A DNA stretch of 32,000 nt from Candidatus Saccharimonadota bacterium (GTDB lineage Bacteria > Patescibacteriota > Saccharimonadia > Saccharimonadales > UBA4665), in assembly GCA_963716945.1 (NCBI GenBank), contig OY970322.1:390001-422000 (forward strand), given 5' to 3'. Below, piece by piece: positions 9,701 through 16,435 of the stretch (positions are counted from its first letter, which is position 1; each line of letters opens with the position of its first letter). A model generated the notes under the pieces. It was given only the letters and a program-made list of their open reading frames with translations. It searched no databases and had not been told where the DNA came from. A program made the position numbers and the translations under genes.

Positions 9701-10162
9701 GGGCAGAGCGGGGGGAACGTTTTCCAGGCCCAAGACTCGACTGGCGCTGCCCTAGCTACTATAGATTACCAAGGTAATTTGACGGTCAAGGCGGCGACCA
9801 TTAACGGTACGCTAACGGTCAACGGCCATCTTATAACTGGGTCGGCAGCGCCCACGCTGCCTACCGCCCAGACCGCCGCCGGTAGTGCTAATGGCGGTAC
9901 TTGCAGTATCAGCGCCGGTAATGACACCTCGGGCACGATTAGCGTTACGACCGGCAGCGCCGGCGTCACTACGGGAGCGTGGTGCACTTTTACCATTAGT
10001 TTCACTACGGCGCCGCGACCGGTGGTATCGGGTACTACCCAGGCTAGCGCCGCACTCCAGCCATATATGAGCGCGACGCCTACCGCCTTTAGCTTTGGCA
10101 TAGCCGGCGGAACGCCCGGCACCAGTACCACTTACACCTTTAATTACTTCAATGCCCAATAG
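3728..10162 (+). CDS. Giant N-terminally anchored surface fibre protein, paralog B (2144 aa)
   Basis: ATG start and TAG stop, with no in-frame stop over 6.4 kb. Acidic/Pro-rich cytoplasmic N-tail, basic cluster RRNRRK, then TM helix LLIVNIIILLLIIIIGLVSFFL (about nt 3881-3955). Tail-fibre-like 'GQIYYNQSDNTPYYYDGTRFVSL'. Long G/S/T/A/N beta-helix-like tracts. Six YW-type propeller blades (about 7350-8250). FN3-like 'ISITWTAVPGAYGYNVYR' (about 8465-8780). CBM4_9-like 'NGDFESRGTGGW...YTLSFYAR...FYVDAVQLQ' (about 8905-9405). The C-terminal shared domain ends TYTFNYFNAQ. Confidence 0.93.
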   Translation: MADQNESLSLVYEGSSVDSSLETQSEPQFKANPPPEYEQAPRRLSSRRNRRKLLIVNIIILLLIIIIGLVSFFLSSGPRATNASTNHKLVSYAASSLPVQNIQPNQALQVSEANQLSINGQVTIGNTLVLAPTATPTTPVTGQIYYNQSDNTPYYYDGTRFVSLASGAGLQTTAQNAPQQFVASIGGSSGSIGIGSGLALSGGELLVRLQAGPGITVNGSTVSSSGVISLTAGSSNVFITQDGKGNYTVSDHIANLITGGGTTGQIALFSGSQAVGDSILGQAGASLTVAGSFVVQSAASAASLAVANAISGGTLSVAGGKLAVDGSGNLTLQSGSTIYANNLVQTDSTQPVSINAGAKQLEFTANGINFTLPSSGGSTQVICTTGISCASGGGQAILLAPNDSASPTAHPTAQTNTAGDLPSIFINNTGGANLLELQGDGADTFVVGQSGDTVIAGTLAVQSANSLSLGTPGPAGNNGSVSFANAAGLHTVTLQAPVTDPASDLIFTLPASDGASGNCIKTDGNGNLSFGSCASGSGATAIGAIDSQSKSLNGGVISGTNLYLQSADANFPGLITTGSQTLAGDKSFNGDITLSGTGTGLSVTNSVTIGTGLTVAAGGLTVSAGTVTFSGLNTAGIVTNTSAGVLGTVAIIGVGNGGTGAGSFTSDGILYGNSGGIIQVTGAAASSILATNASDLPGLTQTLPSAVQGNITATGALAAGSIASTFGSISTASNIQTTATVQGTTVTATGALQGNSLSVNGGVFAVNNTGAITAATGISSSGTITFSGLGTGILQASAGVIGLYGGGLVAGVKDEAGTSRGGTITLNNVTFGIGGAASTLTIDTADATHNGLVTNGVQTIAGAKTLSANLTLQASPTALTINGPPSGTTSLIQLGSALGTGVGSNINSNGTFIGLDAASGSSADLLNFQANGVSDLRVDSSGNVFTAGNVTASGSLAVVSSSGNTVSLLAPSGLAAASTLTLPSTNYGSAGDCLKLASGSSGNNGVIDFENCLGEPGGPPTGAAVILNADPVGGTAGQQLQAAFNIQSAAYTTGNVIEEGPSVAGTAANLLQLENNSGVQTSAFCPNGSELLLNQAPNTFCSTANGTSGTPYAITIGTGSSALAGINFGGDSQIYRSAANTFTFGSAASSQTLQISANTTNGSPGGSLTIQGGAATGLVSGGNIVLQVSPPPTAGTIRNFITGLLGATDVAEDGTYLWWTTGSTVGRATLNGSSTPTHIIPNYFTLETKLNYLASDGNFVYISTGGRTIDRFTITKNNTIPTFSQGSNYWQNYICLSNGTVSTSNASCPNGGGDNLQGLAYDSSNKIMYWADRSEIGDYNTVTLTATNNWFVTSGLSTTGCGSNGSMNSVGVDSINNMIYWFSTTCTDIGQANLPSGNAAPTSITPAWFSLVGQAQGSPSSIQGLTSDGTNLYWSNINKDSIGDVNIASVAANMANPSNPILANSNLISNIGSGTGNGPQGIAVSLTPGYLYWTQPVGSPGYIGRALVLATQPNPEQTVFQLSGTDGSAQFKDAVDTTSSFQVQDANGAAVFNVDTLDNVSSLAGQFTAAGGVTASGLSTPAAPTITPNVLNTCLSSSTTYTYEISAINSKGGSTPASALGSTTSGCSSLDTAGDNISITWTAVPGAYGYNVYRVSSPYTAGLIGTVLTAGGSLSLTDTGNTTPVISATAPPVSDTSGQLATSGGGGLLIQDASNTSIFNVTAGSTLAGLVANGDFESRGTGGWLVKSTSSTSTTALSAVNTQAWEGLYSMKIAASALANDGAYYTTSSPMVSSTQYTLSFYARTGSGTISDLDAGYEVQATATGTGTVTSTDTNCTLSANSVSTTWTRYTCTFTTGTITQNGSTTSTTNIYINKTGSSAETFYVDAVQLQTGGSATAFNSGNTIQINGTVNTAVLFQNGLDSTTAFQVQNAAGTSKVFDVDTLDGRVGVGTNAPGNLLSIGALTTAAGTYQIAVTTGGSANSGIVVQTVLGQSGGNVFQAQDSTGAALATIDYQGNLTVKAATINGTLTVNGHLITGSAAPTLPTAQTAAGSANGGTCSISAGNDTSGTISVTTGSAGVTTGAWCTFTISFTTAPRPVVSGTTQASAALQPYMSATPTAFSFGIAGGTPGTSTTYTFNYFNAQ

Positions 10163-10195
10163 GCAAATTAAGCTTAAGCAAAAAAGGCTATACTG

Positions 10196-11026
10196 ATGAG
10201 GAATATGCGTAAATACTTCAAATTCCTAGCCGGTCCCGCCAGCGTTCTGTTCCTGATTGGCTTAGCGGCTTCGGCGGCTGCCTCCGGCGTCCTAATCCAA
10301 AGCTACAATGCCGGCCCTTCGGTCCTGTCCGGCATGCTCGTCGAAACCGAAGCCCGCGACCAGTCTACCGTCGTTCCGCTGACTACCCAGGGCATCCGCG
10401 GTATGCTGGGGGTAGTCGTACCGGCCAACGACGCCGCCCTTGTCCTGTCGCCGCAATCCGCATCATCCCGCCAGGTCCTGGTGGCCGCCTCCGGCAATTA
10501 CGGCGTACTGGTTAGCAACCAGGACGGTTCGGTCAAATCAGGCGACTACCTGACCATGTCGTCGTTACCTGGTATCGCCATGAAAGCCGCCAGCGACCAG
10601 TCCGAGGTTATCGGCCGCGCCGGCGGTGATTTCGATGGTGTTAATAACACCCTATCGACGGTATCGCTCAAACTTGCCGCCGGCCGTTCGGCAAAAGTCT
10701 CCATCGGCCAGGTGCCAGTCAGTGTCCGACTCGGTCCGAACCCCCTCTACCAGAAAAGTAACTTGCCGGGATTTTTGAGCCGGGCGGCCAGCGACGTTTC
10801 TAATAAACCGGGCTCGATCCGGATTTACCTTAGTTCGGCCGTCTTACTGGCTACGCTTATCATCAGCGGCGTGATGTTTTATGGCAGCGTCCGCAGCAGC
10901 ATAACAGCCATCGGCCGCAACCCCCTGGCCAAGCGGGAAATCAGCCGTGACCTCGTCCAATCGGTTGCCGCCGGCCTGGTTATCTTCTTGGCTGGCATCC
11001 TGGCGGCCTACCTCATATTAATTTAG
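10196..11026 (+). CDS. Membrane protein, paralog of 2729-3553 (signal peptide, beta-rich ectodomain, C-terminal hairpin with IGRNPLA loop)
   Basis: ATG at 10196, with an alternative ATG at 10205 giving MRKYFKF. Signal-like FLIGLAASAAAS. 'GSVKSGDYLTMSSLPGIAMKAASDQSEVIGRAG' module. The C-terminal helices flank 'IGRNPLAKREISRDL'. Stop is TAG. It lies 33 nt behind giant B, as its paralog lies behind giant A. Confidence 0.85.
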   Translation: MRNMRKYFKFLAGPASVLFLIGLAASAAASGVLIQSYNAGPSVLSGMLVETEARDQSTVVPLTTQGIRGMLGVVVPANDAALVLSPQSASSRQVLVAASGNYGVLVSNQDGSVKSGDYLTMSSLPGIAMKAASDQSEVIGRAGGDFDGVNNTLSTVSLKLAAGRSAKVSIGQVPVSVRLGPNPLYQKSNLPGFLSRAASDVSNKPGSIRIYLSSAVLLATLIISGVMFYGSVRSSITAIGRNPLAKREISRDLVQSVAAGLVIFLAGILAAYLILI

Positions 11027-11039
11027 ATCCGGGGCAAGA

Positions 11040-12023
11040 TTAATCGACGACGAAATAATCGAAACCAAAAGACGTGCCGGCCGGCGGGGCGGTCGAGTCA
11101 CAGACGGTGAAGTTGCTAGTGGTACGGTTGACATAATAACTTAAGCCGCCGGCACTAGAACCGACCGGCGTCAATAGGACATGCGGCGTGGCGTTGTACT
11201 TGGCTGTGAAATCAACGGTTATGAAACAGCCGGCCGCCGGGCCGCTGCCGGTATTGATAGTGATCGAACCGCTGGTATCGCTGCCCGACACGCTGGAAGT
11301 GCCGCCATTACCGAGGGCGCTGCCGTTGGTCCGGCCGGGCGTGCCGCCGCCGACGGTAATGTGGTGGGTCAGTACCAGGTCGCCGTTTAGCTGCAAACTG
11401 CCGGTAGTAAGTTGTGGTGCTGACAACGTTCCGCCGAAAGTTCCGCTGCCGCTAACCTGTAAGCTCTTAGCTATAGTGACCGCGCCTTGGAGGCTGGTGG
11501 TACCGGCGACGGCTAGGTTTTTGCTGACTTGGGCCTGGCCGAACTGGGCGCTGCCGGCAACCGTAACATCGTTTAGGCCCAAAGTGCCGCCGATTTGCAA
11601 GCCGCCGGCGACCTGCAAGTCTTGTCGCATCAGTACTTTACCGGCGAAAATGGCGCTGCTCTGGACATTCAGCACCTGGCTCGAATTACCGACCGTAGCG
11701 TCACTGTCGGCCAGTTGCTGGAGAGTGCTTTGGGATAAACTTTGGGACGAAACGCTGGAGCTGCCTGAATTATGCCTGCTATCGTTGTAGGCGACGAGAA
11801 CGATCCCGGCCGCCACGGCCAATAATAATATGAACAGCAGGAAATAAATATTAACCCGCTTGGCTATGCCGCGGCGCTTCTTCTTGGGCGGCGGCGAGAC
11901 CGAAGGCCCGGGCTCCAGGGTGGTTTCGGGCGGCGCCGGTTTGCCGTTGAGTTCGGGCGGGGGACTCTCCAGCGAAGCTTCCTGGGGGTCTGCTGCTAAC
12001 GGTTCAGATCGGTCCGAGTCCAT
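11040..12023 (-). CDS. Miniature member (327 aa) of the fibre family: cytoplasmic Pro-rich tail, TM anchor, short beta-helix stalk and the shared C-terminal domain
   Basis: ATG at 12023 and TAA at 11040-11042. KKKRRGIAKR followed by TM VNIYFLLFILLLAVAAGIVLVAY, the same topology as giant B. Stalk repeats 'LQVAGGLQIGGTLGLNDVTVAGSAQFG' resemble the pre-terminal stalk of giant C. The C-terminus 'SGSDTSGSITINTGS...YNATPHVLLTP...FGFDYFVVD' aligns with the ends of A, B and C. Confidence 0.85.
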   Translation of the reverse strand: MDSDRSEPLAADPQEASLESPPPELNGKPAPPETTLEPGPSVSPPPKKKRRGIAKRVNIYFLLFILLLAVAAGIVLVAYNDSRHNSGSSSVSSQSLSQSTLQQLADSDATVGNSSQVLNVQSSAIFAGKVLMRQDLQVAGGLQIGGTLGLNDVTVAGSAQFGQAQVSKNLAVAGTTSLQGAVTIAKSLQVSGSGTFGGTLSAPQLTTGSLQLNGDLVLTHHITVGGGTPGRTNGSALGNGGTSSVSGSDTSGSITINTGSGPAAGCFITVDFTAKYNATPHVLLTPVGSSAGGLSYYVNRTTSNFTVCDSTAPPAGTSFGFDYFVVD

Positions 12024-12075
12024 ATGTTATTTATACAGTATAATCGAGGAAAAGCGTAAACGGTATAAACAACCC
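12024..12075. promoter_or_regulatory. 52-bp divergent control region with mirror-image -10 boxes, each 6 nt from a start codon
   Basis: Minus-strand TATAAA (plus-strand 12030-12035) lies 6 nt before the ATG at 12023. Plus-strand TATAAA at 12064-12069 lies 6 nt before the ATG at 12076. There is an additional TATAAT at 12039-12044. No SD on either side. Confidence 0.45.
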
Positions 12076-12768
12076 ATGGCCCGACCGGAATACCAGTACA
12101 ATCATTCTGACCATATCAGGCACCGCCGGCGCTACCGGCGGCGTTTCTTCGTGGCCGCCGTCTTTTTTATAGCCGCCATGGTCGCCGCCGGCGCGCTGGC
12201 TTACAATCTGTATAACCTTAGCCGCGTCACAACTAAGCCGGTCGGAGTTACTTATCATCAGACCATCGGCGGTCTTCAGGTCACGAAGTCGGCCTACTTC
12301 GAGTTCAGCGATACCCAGGCCTGGTCTTACGCGCCGGGCGACAGCACTGCCACCGAACTGACGTACTTATTATATGAAGGCGGCCTGCCAGTCCACTCGC
12401 TGACGGTTTATATTAACCAAACGCCTCTCAACAGCGACCTGGCGGTGACACGCGTCCTGCCGGTCCAAATCAAAAACGGCAACGCTTTGATGCTCGAAGG
12501 CGACATCTCCCAGCCCTGCAGCAGCTTGTACGGACCGTCCGATCCGAAGCGCATCAAACAGGTTTCGCTCGAAGGCACCGACTTCTTATGCGTGCCCGAT
12601 TCGCCGCAATTCAGCACGGTGGTCGGGCAGGTCGGCGGCAATTACGACCTCAGCCTCAAGCGCGCCGACGGCCGGACCGCCAATTACATAATTATTTACC
12701 ATAATCTGTCAGTGGACCCGGACCCTTCGCCTTTTGTTAGGATTATGAGGACTTTCCAGGCTTTGTAG
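12076..12768 (+). CDS. Single-pass membrane protein (230 aa), N-in, with a ~180-aa external domain of unknown function
   Basis: The track ORF starts at 11860, but its first 72 codons are antisense to the 5' end of 11040-12023. ATG 12076 (MARPEYQYNHSDHIRHRRRYRRR + TM FFVAAVFFIAAMVAAGALAY) is the plausible start. Stop is TAG. Confidence 0.75.
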   Translation: MARPEYQYNHSDHIRHRRRYRRRFFVAAVFFIAAMVAAGALAYNLYNLSRVTTKPVGVTYHQTIGGLQVTKSAYFEFSDTQAWSYAPGDSTATELTYLLYEGGLPVHSLTVYINQTPLNSDLAVTRVLPVQIKNGNALMLEGDISQPCSSLYGPSDPKRIKQVSLEGTDFLCVPDSPQFSTVVGQVGGNYDLSLKRADGRTANYIIIYHNLSVDPDPSPFVRIMRTFQAL

Positions 12769-12773
12769 CGCCG

Positions 12774-12794
12774 GCAGCCGGCCGGCCGGGCTGC
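12774..12794 (+). terminator. GC-rich hairpin (GCAGCC...GGCTGC) just after the 12768 stop, abutting the next -10 box
   Basis: gcagcc at 12774-12779 pairs with ggctgc at 12789-12794, followed by TATAATT. The U-tract is weak, so this is low confidence. Confidence 0.3.
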
Positions 12795-12805
12795 TATAAT
12801 TAAGC

Positions 12806-13558
12806 GTGATGAAGCGCTTAAGGCTGGGAGTTATATTAGGGCTGGTCGTGCTGCTCGGCACGCCGGCGGCTTTTGCCGCCCAGTCCAGTTCGCCCAATTA
12901 CCAGGTCAACGAAGTCCAGTTCGATTCCGGCGGCCTGCTGAATGCCAGTTCGCCCAACTACCAGGCCCAGCAAAGCGCCGGCTCGAACGTCGCCGGCTCG
13001 GCCTGCGGCACTCTCTACTGTGCCGACAACGGCTTCTTGACCGGCAGCGACCCGTTTCTGCAAATGGTCGTCAACCCGGCCACAGTCAACCTGGGTACTC
13101 TAAGCTCAACCGGCACTGCTACAGGGTACGCGACCTTTAGTATCCGGGCCTACCTGGACAGCGGCTACATCATAGTCAGCATGAACAACCCGCCCACCGA
13201 TAGCGAAGGCTCAACCCTGAGCGCCTTGTCCAGCCCGACGGCTTCCAGCGTCGGCACCGAGCAGTTCGGTATTAACTTAGTCCTCAACTCCACCGGTTGT
13301 GCCAATCCGGCCCCGGCCAATTACGGAGCTAACCCGTCGCTGGTACCCAGCAGCACCTTCGCCAACGGCATAGCTGCCCCCGGCTATAATACCTGCGGGT
13401 TATTTAAGTACCACAAGGGCGACACCATAGCCGAGAGCAACGGCAAGGGCTGGGGCGAAACCGATTACACCATTTCCTACATGGCAAATATTAATCCCGC
13501 CAGCAAAGCCGGCGTTTACAGCATGACTCAGGACCTGGTCGCCGTCGCTACTTATTAA
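12806..13558 (+). CDS. Secreted beta-rich subunit-like protein S0 (250 aa), first gene of the putative fibre module
   Basis: GTG at 12806 or ATG at 12809. An extended -10 (TGCTATAAT, 12792-12800) lies just upstream. Signal peptide LGLVVLLGTPAAFA|AQ. Duplicated 'SSPNYQ' motif. 'GTEQFGINLVLN' motif. C-terminus 'AGVYSMTQDLVAVATY-stop' ends in an aromatic residue like S1-S3. Confidence 0.85.
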   Translation: MMKRLRLGVILGLVVLLGTPAAFAAQSSSPNYQVNEVQFDSGGLLNASSPNYQAQQSAGSNVAGSACGTLYCADNGFLTGSDPFLQMVVNPATVNLGTLSSTGTATGYATFSIRAYLDSGYIIVSMNNPPTDSEGSTLSALSSPTASSVGTEQFGINLVLNSTGCANPAPANYGANPSLVPSSTFANGIAAPGYNTCGLFKYHKGDTIAESNGKGWGETDYTISYMANINPASKAGVYSMTQDLVAVATY

Positions 13559-13658
13559 CTAATTATTAAATTGATTCTTAGTCTTGCTAATGCTAGTCTA
13601 GTATTGTAAAGAGCCTCGTGAGGGCACATTAACTGATACGAAATAAAGAGTGCGGCGG

Positions 13659-14972
13659 ATGCGGCAACATTATATAAACATACTGGCTCAAACACGCAGA
13701 GGACTTCTGCTGCTGTCCGCCTGTTTGGTAGTCGCCGTCGGCCTGACTCCGATTATTAACGCCGGCAACGCCTCCGCCGCCCAGGTTAGCCAGCGTTCGC
13801 TGACTATCGGCAGCGGTTTGCCCAGCGCCTCAACCACTTATAACTTCAGTTTCGTACCTAATACCACCGCGGCTATCCAGGGCCTGAAATTCCAGGCCTG
13901 TACCGCGGCGATCGGTACTTGTACGGCGCCAACCGGTTTAAACTTTTCCAGCGCTGTGTTCAGTACCCTAACCGGAACTTGGACCACTGCCACGGCTTTC
14001 GCGGCTGATGCTACCGGCGCTAACGACTGTACCGCCAGTGCCAGCGTCCTCTGTGCCAAGCGTACGCAAGCTACCGCCGAGACGGGCGCTGCTGTCCGCG
14101 GATTGACATTTACGACCATCACCAACCCCAGCGGCGCCAGCTGTGCCACTGTCAACTGTACGTTCTTCGTGCGTATGACAACTTATAGTACCAATACCTA
14201 TACGGTGGTCAGCACCGTCGACACCGGCACCGTAGCCAGCTCAACTATTCAAAGCCTGACTGTTAATGCCACGATTCAAGAGCAGCTAACTTTCTGCATC
14301 GGCGCCACCACGATTGATGACTCCAACACCACTACGCCGCCGGTTTGTAGCAGTATTAGCGGTACTTCCTTGAGCCTTGGCACGCTGACATCCGCCGATA
14401 CTTCGGTGTCGCCGGTCTCGGTCGGCAATGGCGGCGACGGCAATAACGGCATCGCCGAACTTAGTACCAATGCCACGAACGGCGCCACGGTAACTTATGA
14501 CGCCATCCAGCAAGCCGGCACCAACCACAAGGGCACTCTAAGGGTAGCCGGCGCCACCTGCAACGCCAGCGCCGGCATTACCAACGACCAGTGCATCAAC
14601 GCTATCGGCACCACCCAGGCCACGATTACTGCCGGCACCGAAGCCTACGGTATGACGGTGGCCGCCGTCAACTGCAAAGCCACCACGGCCTACGCCTGCA
14701 GCTTCACCGGCGGCACCTACCACTTAATACGCGATACGCAGTACGACGGTACCGGCGGCAACACCTACCCGACCGACACCAACCTGGTCAGCGGTACCAC
14801 CAACGCCGGCTACGCCTGGGACGAGACCGGCACGCCCGATACGATAGCCACTGCCAGCACTGTCGTCGACAAGGAAGCCCTGATCCTAAAATTCGCCGCC
14901 ACCCCTAACATAGTCACGCCGGCCGGCACCTACACCGCCCAGGCCGACTTCGTCGCCACGCCGACATTCTAA
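13659..14972 (+). CDS. Secreted beta-rich subunit-like protein S1 (about 437 aa), tandem paralog of S2
   Basis: The track start is GTG 13650. ATG 13659 has AAAGAG 8 nt upstream. Signal peptide ends ...NAGNASA|AQVSQRSLTIGS. Cys-rich (QACT..GTCTAPTGL, SCATVNCTFF). 'EAYGMTVAAVN' motif. C-terminus 'AGTYTAQADFVATPTF-stop'. Confidence 0.88.
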   Translation: MRQHYINILAQTRRGLLLLSACLVVAVGLTPIINAGNASAAQVSQRSLTIGSGLPSASTTYNFSFVPNTTAAIQGLKFQACTAAIGTCTAPTGLNFSSAVFSTLTGTWTTATAFAADATGANDCTASASVLCAKRTQATAETGAAVRGLTFTTITNPSGASCATVNCTFFVRMTTYSTNTYTVVSTVDTGTVASSTIQSLTVNATIQEQLTFCIGATTIDDSNTTTPPVCSSISGTSLSLGTLTSADTSVSPVSVGNGGDGNNGIAELSTNATNGATVTYDAIQQAGTNHKGTLRVAGATCNASAGITNDQCINAIGTTQATITAGTEAYGMTVAAVNCKATTAYACSFTGGTYHLIRDTQYDGTGGNTYPTDTNLVSGTTNAGYAWDETGTPDTIATASTVVDKEALILKFAATPNIVTPAGTYTAQADFVATPTF

Positions 14973-14990
14973 CCGGTATTTAGCGCTAGC

Positions 14991-15002
14991 TGTGGATAAC
15001 TT
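14991..15002 (+). promoter_or_regulatory. 12-mer TGTGGATAACTT, whose first 9 nt are the reverse complement of the DnaA-box consensus TTATCCACA; identical copy at 19470-19481
   Basis: Exact string read at both places. Both copies lie 19-29 nt after a stop codon in AT-rich intergenic DNA, upstream of S2 and giant C respectively. Confidence 0.5.
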
Positions 15003-15108
15003 TTGGTATTTGCATAATCTTTTTGTTGTTGCATCTAAGTACTTATGCTATATTGACGGGGAGAAGGCCCTTTAAGCCGCCAAATAATATAAAAATAATA
15101 ATTAAATT

Positions 15109-16428
15109 ATGATTAAAAAAATCCACACAATCAGTCGCCAAGCCCTAAATAGGGTTAACAGGGTCGTCCTGTTGACGTTAGCAATAGTTGTTACTGCAGG
15201 CCCGGTTATGCTTATCACCCAAACGGCCACGGCCGCCCAGATTACCAACCGTTCAGTGCTGATTTCAACGGCTCAACCCAGCGCCACGGCCACCTACACC
15301 ATCGGTCTGGTGCCAGCCACCGCCGCTGCTATCCAGGGGCTAAAGCTGCAGGCCTGTACAACGGCTCTAGGTACCTGTACGGCGCCGACCGGTTTAAGCT
15401 TTTCCAGCGTGGGCGCTACCGGTACGGTAGCCGGGGCTTGGACGACTTCCACTAACTTCACTACCGGTGCCGGAACCAACGACTGTACGGCCAGTGCCAG
15501 CGTCATATGCGCCAACCGCACGGCGGCGGCCAACGAAACCGGTACGAGTGTTCGCACGGTAGCTTTCACGAACATCACCAACCCCAGCGGCGCCAGCTGT
15601 GCCACTGTCAACTGTACGTTCTTCATCCATATAACGACTTATAGTCTTAACACCTACACTGTGGGCAGCACGGTCGACACCGGCACGGTCGCCAGTTCGA
15701 CCACCCAGCTCTTCACGGTTAACGCGGCGATTCAAGAGCAGCTAACTTTCTGCATCGGCGCCACCACGATTGATGACTCCAACACCACTACGCCGCCGGT
15801 TTGCAGCAGTATTAGCGGCACCTCGCTTAACTTGGGTACCTTGAACTCCGCCGATACTTCGGTGTCGCCGGTCTCGGTCGGCAATGGCGGCGACGGCAAT
15901 AACGGCATCGCCGAACTTAGTACCAATGCCACCAACGGTACGACCGTGGCCTATGACGCGGTGCAGCAAGCCGGCACCAACCACAAGGGCACTCTAAGGG
16001 TAGCTGGCGCCACCTGCAACGCCAGTGCCGGCATTACCAACGACCAGTGCATCAACGCTATCGGTACGACCCAAACGGCCATCACGGCCGGCACCGAAGC
16101 CTACGGCATGACTATCGCCGCCGTCAACTGCAAGGCCACCACGGCCTATTCATGCAGCTTCACGGCTGGTACGTACAACCTGACCAGGAACGCCCAATAT
16201 GACGGCACCGGCGGCAACACCTACCCGACCGACACCAACCTGGTCAGCGGTACCACCAACGCCGGCTACGCCTGGGACGAGACCGGAACCTCGGACACGA
16301 TTGCCAGCTCGACAACTATCGTCGACAAGGAAGCCCTGATCCTAAAATTCGCCGCCACCCCTAACATAGTCACGCCGGCCGGCACCTACACCGCCCAGGC
16401 CGACTTCGTCGCCACGCCGACATTCTAA
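15109..16428 (+). CDS. Secreted beta-rich subunit-like protein S2 (439 aa), tandem paralog of S1
   Basis: ATG start and TAA stop. Signal peptide ends ...TQTATA|AQITNRSVLIST. Collinear with S1 at a 1456-nt offset. The C-terminal ~230 aa are near-identical to S1 and the N-terminal ~200 aa are much more diverged. Confidence 0.9.
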   Translation: MIKKIHTISRQALNRVNRVVLLTLAIVVTAGPVMLITQTATAAQITNRSVLISTAQPSATATYTIGLVPATAAAIQGLKLQACTTALGTCTAPTGLSFSSVGATGTVAGAWTTSTNFTTGAGTNDCTASASVICANRTAAANETGTSVRTVAFTNITNPSGASCATVNCTFFIHITTYSLNTYTVGSTVDTGTVASSTTQLFTVNAAIQEQLTFCIGATTIDDSNTTTPPVCSSISGTSLNLGTLNSADTSVSPVSVGNGGDGNNGIAELSTNATNGTTVAYDAVQQAGTNHKGTLRVAGATCNASAGITNDQCINAIGTTQTAITAGTEAYGMTIAAVNCKATTAYSCSFTAGTYNLTRNAQYDGTGGNTYPTDTNLVSGTTNAGYAWDETGTSDTIASSTTIVDKEALILKFAATPNIVTPAGTYTAQADFVATPTF

Positions 16429-16435
16429 CCGGCCT

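Noticed and set aside
11188-11790. 200-aa plus-strand ORF, and 11181-11390, antisense to the miniature fibre gene.
   Set aside because: The minus-strand frame has a coherent architecture (tail, TM, stalk, conserved C-terminal domain). The plus-strand translation is Pro/Leu/Val-rich with no features.
11860-12075. 72-codon N-terminal extension of the 12076-12768 gene, as drawn in the ORF track.
   Set aside because: It overlaps the 5' end of the divergent gene in antisense and translates to Gly/Ser-rich filler. ATG 12076 is followed immediately by a basic tail and TM helix, and it has a -10 box 6 nt upstream.
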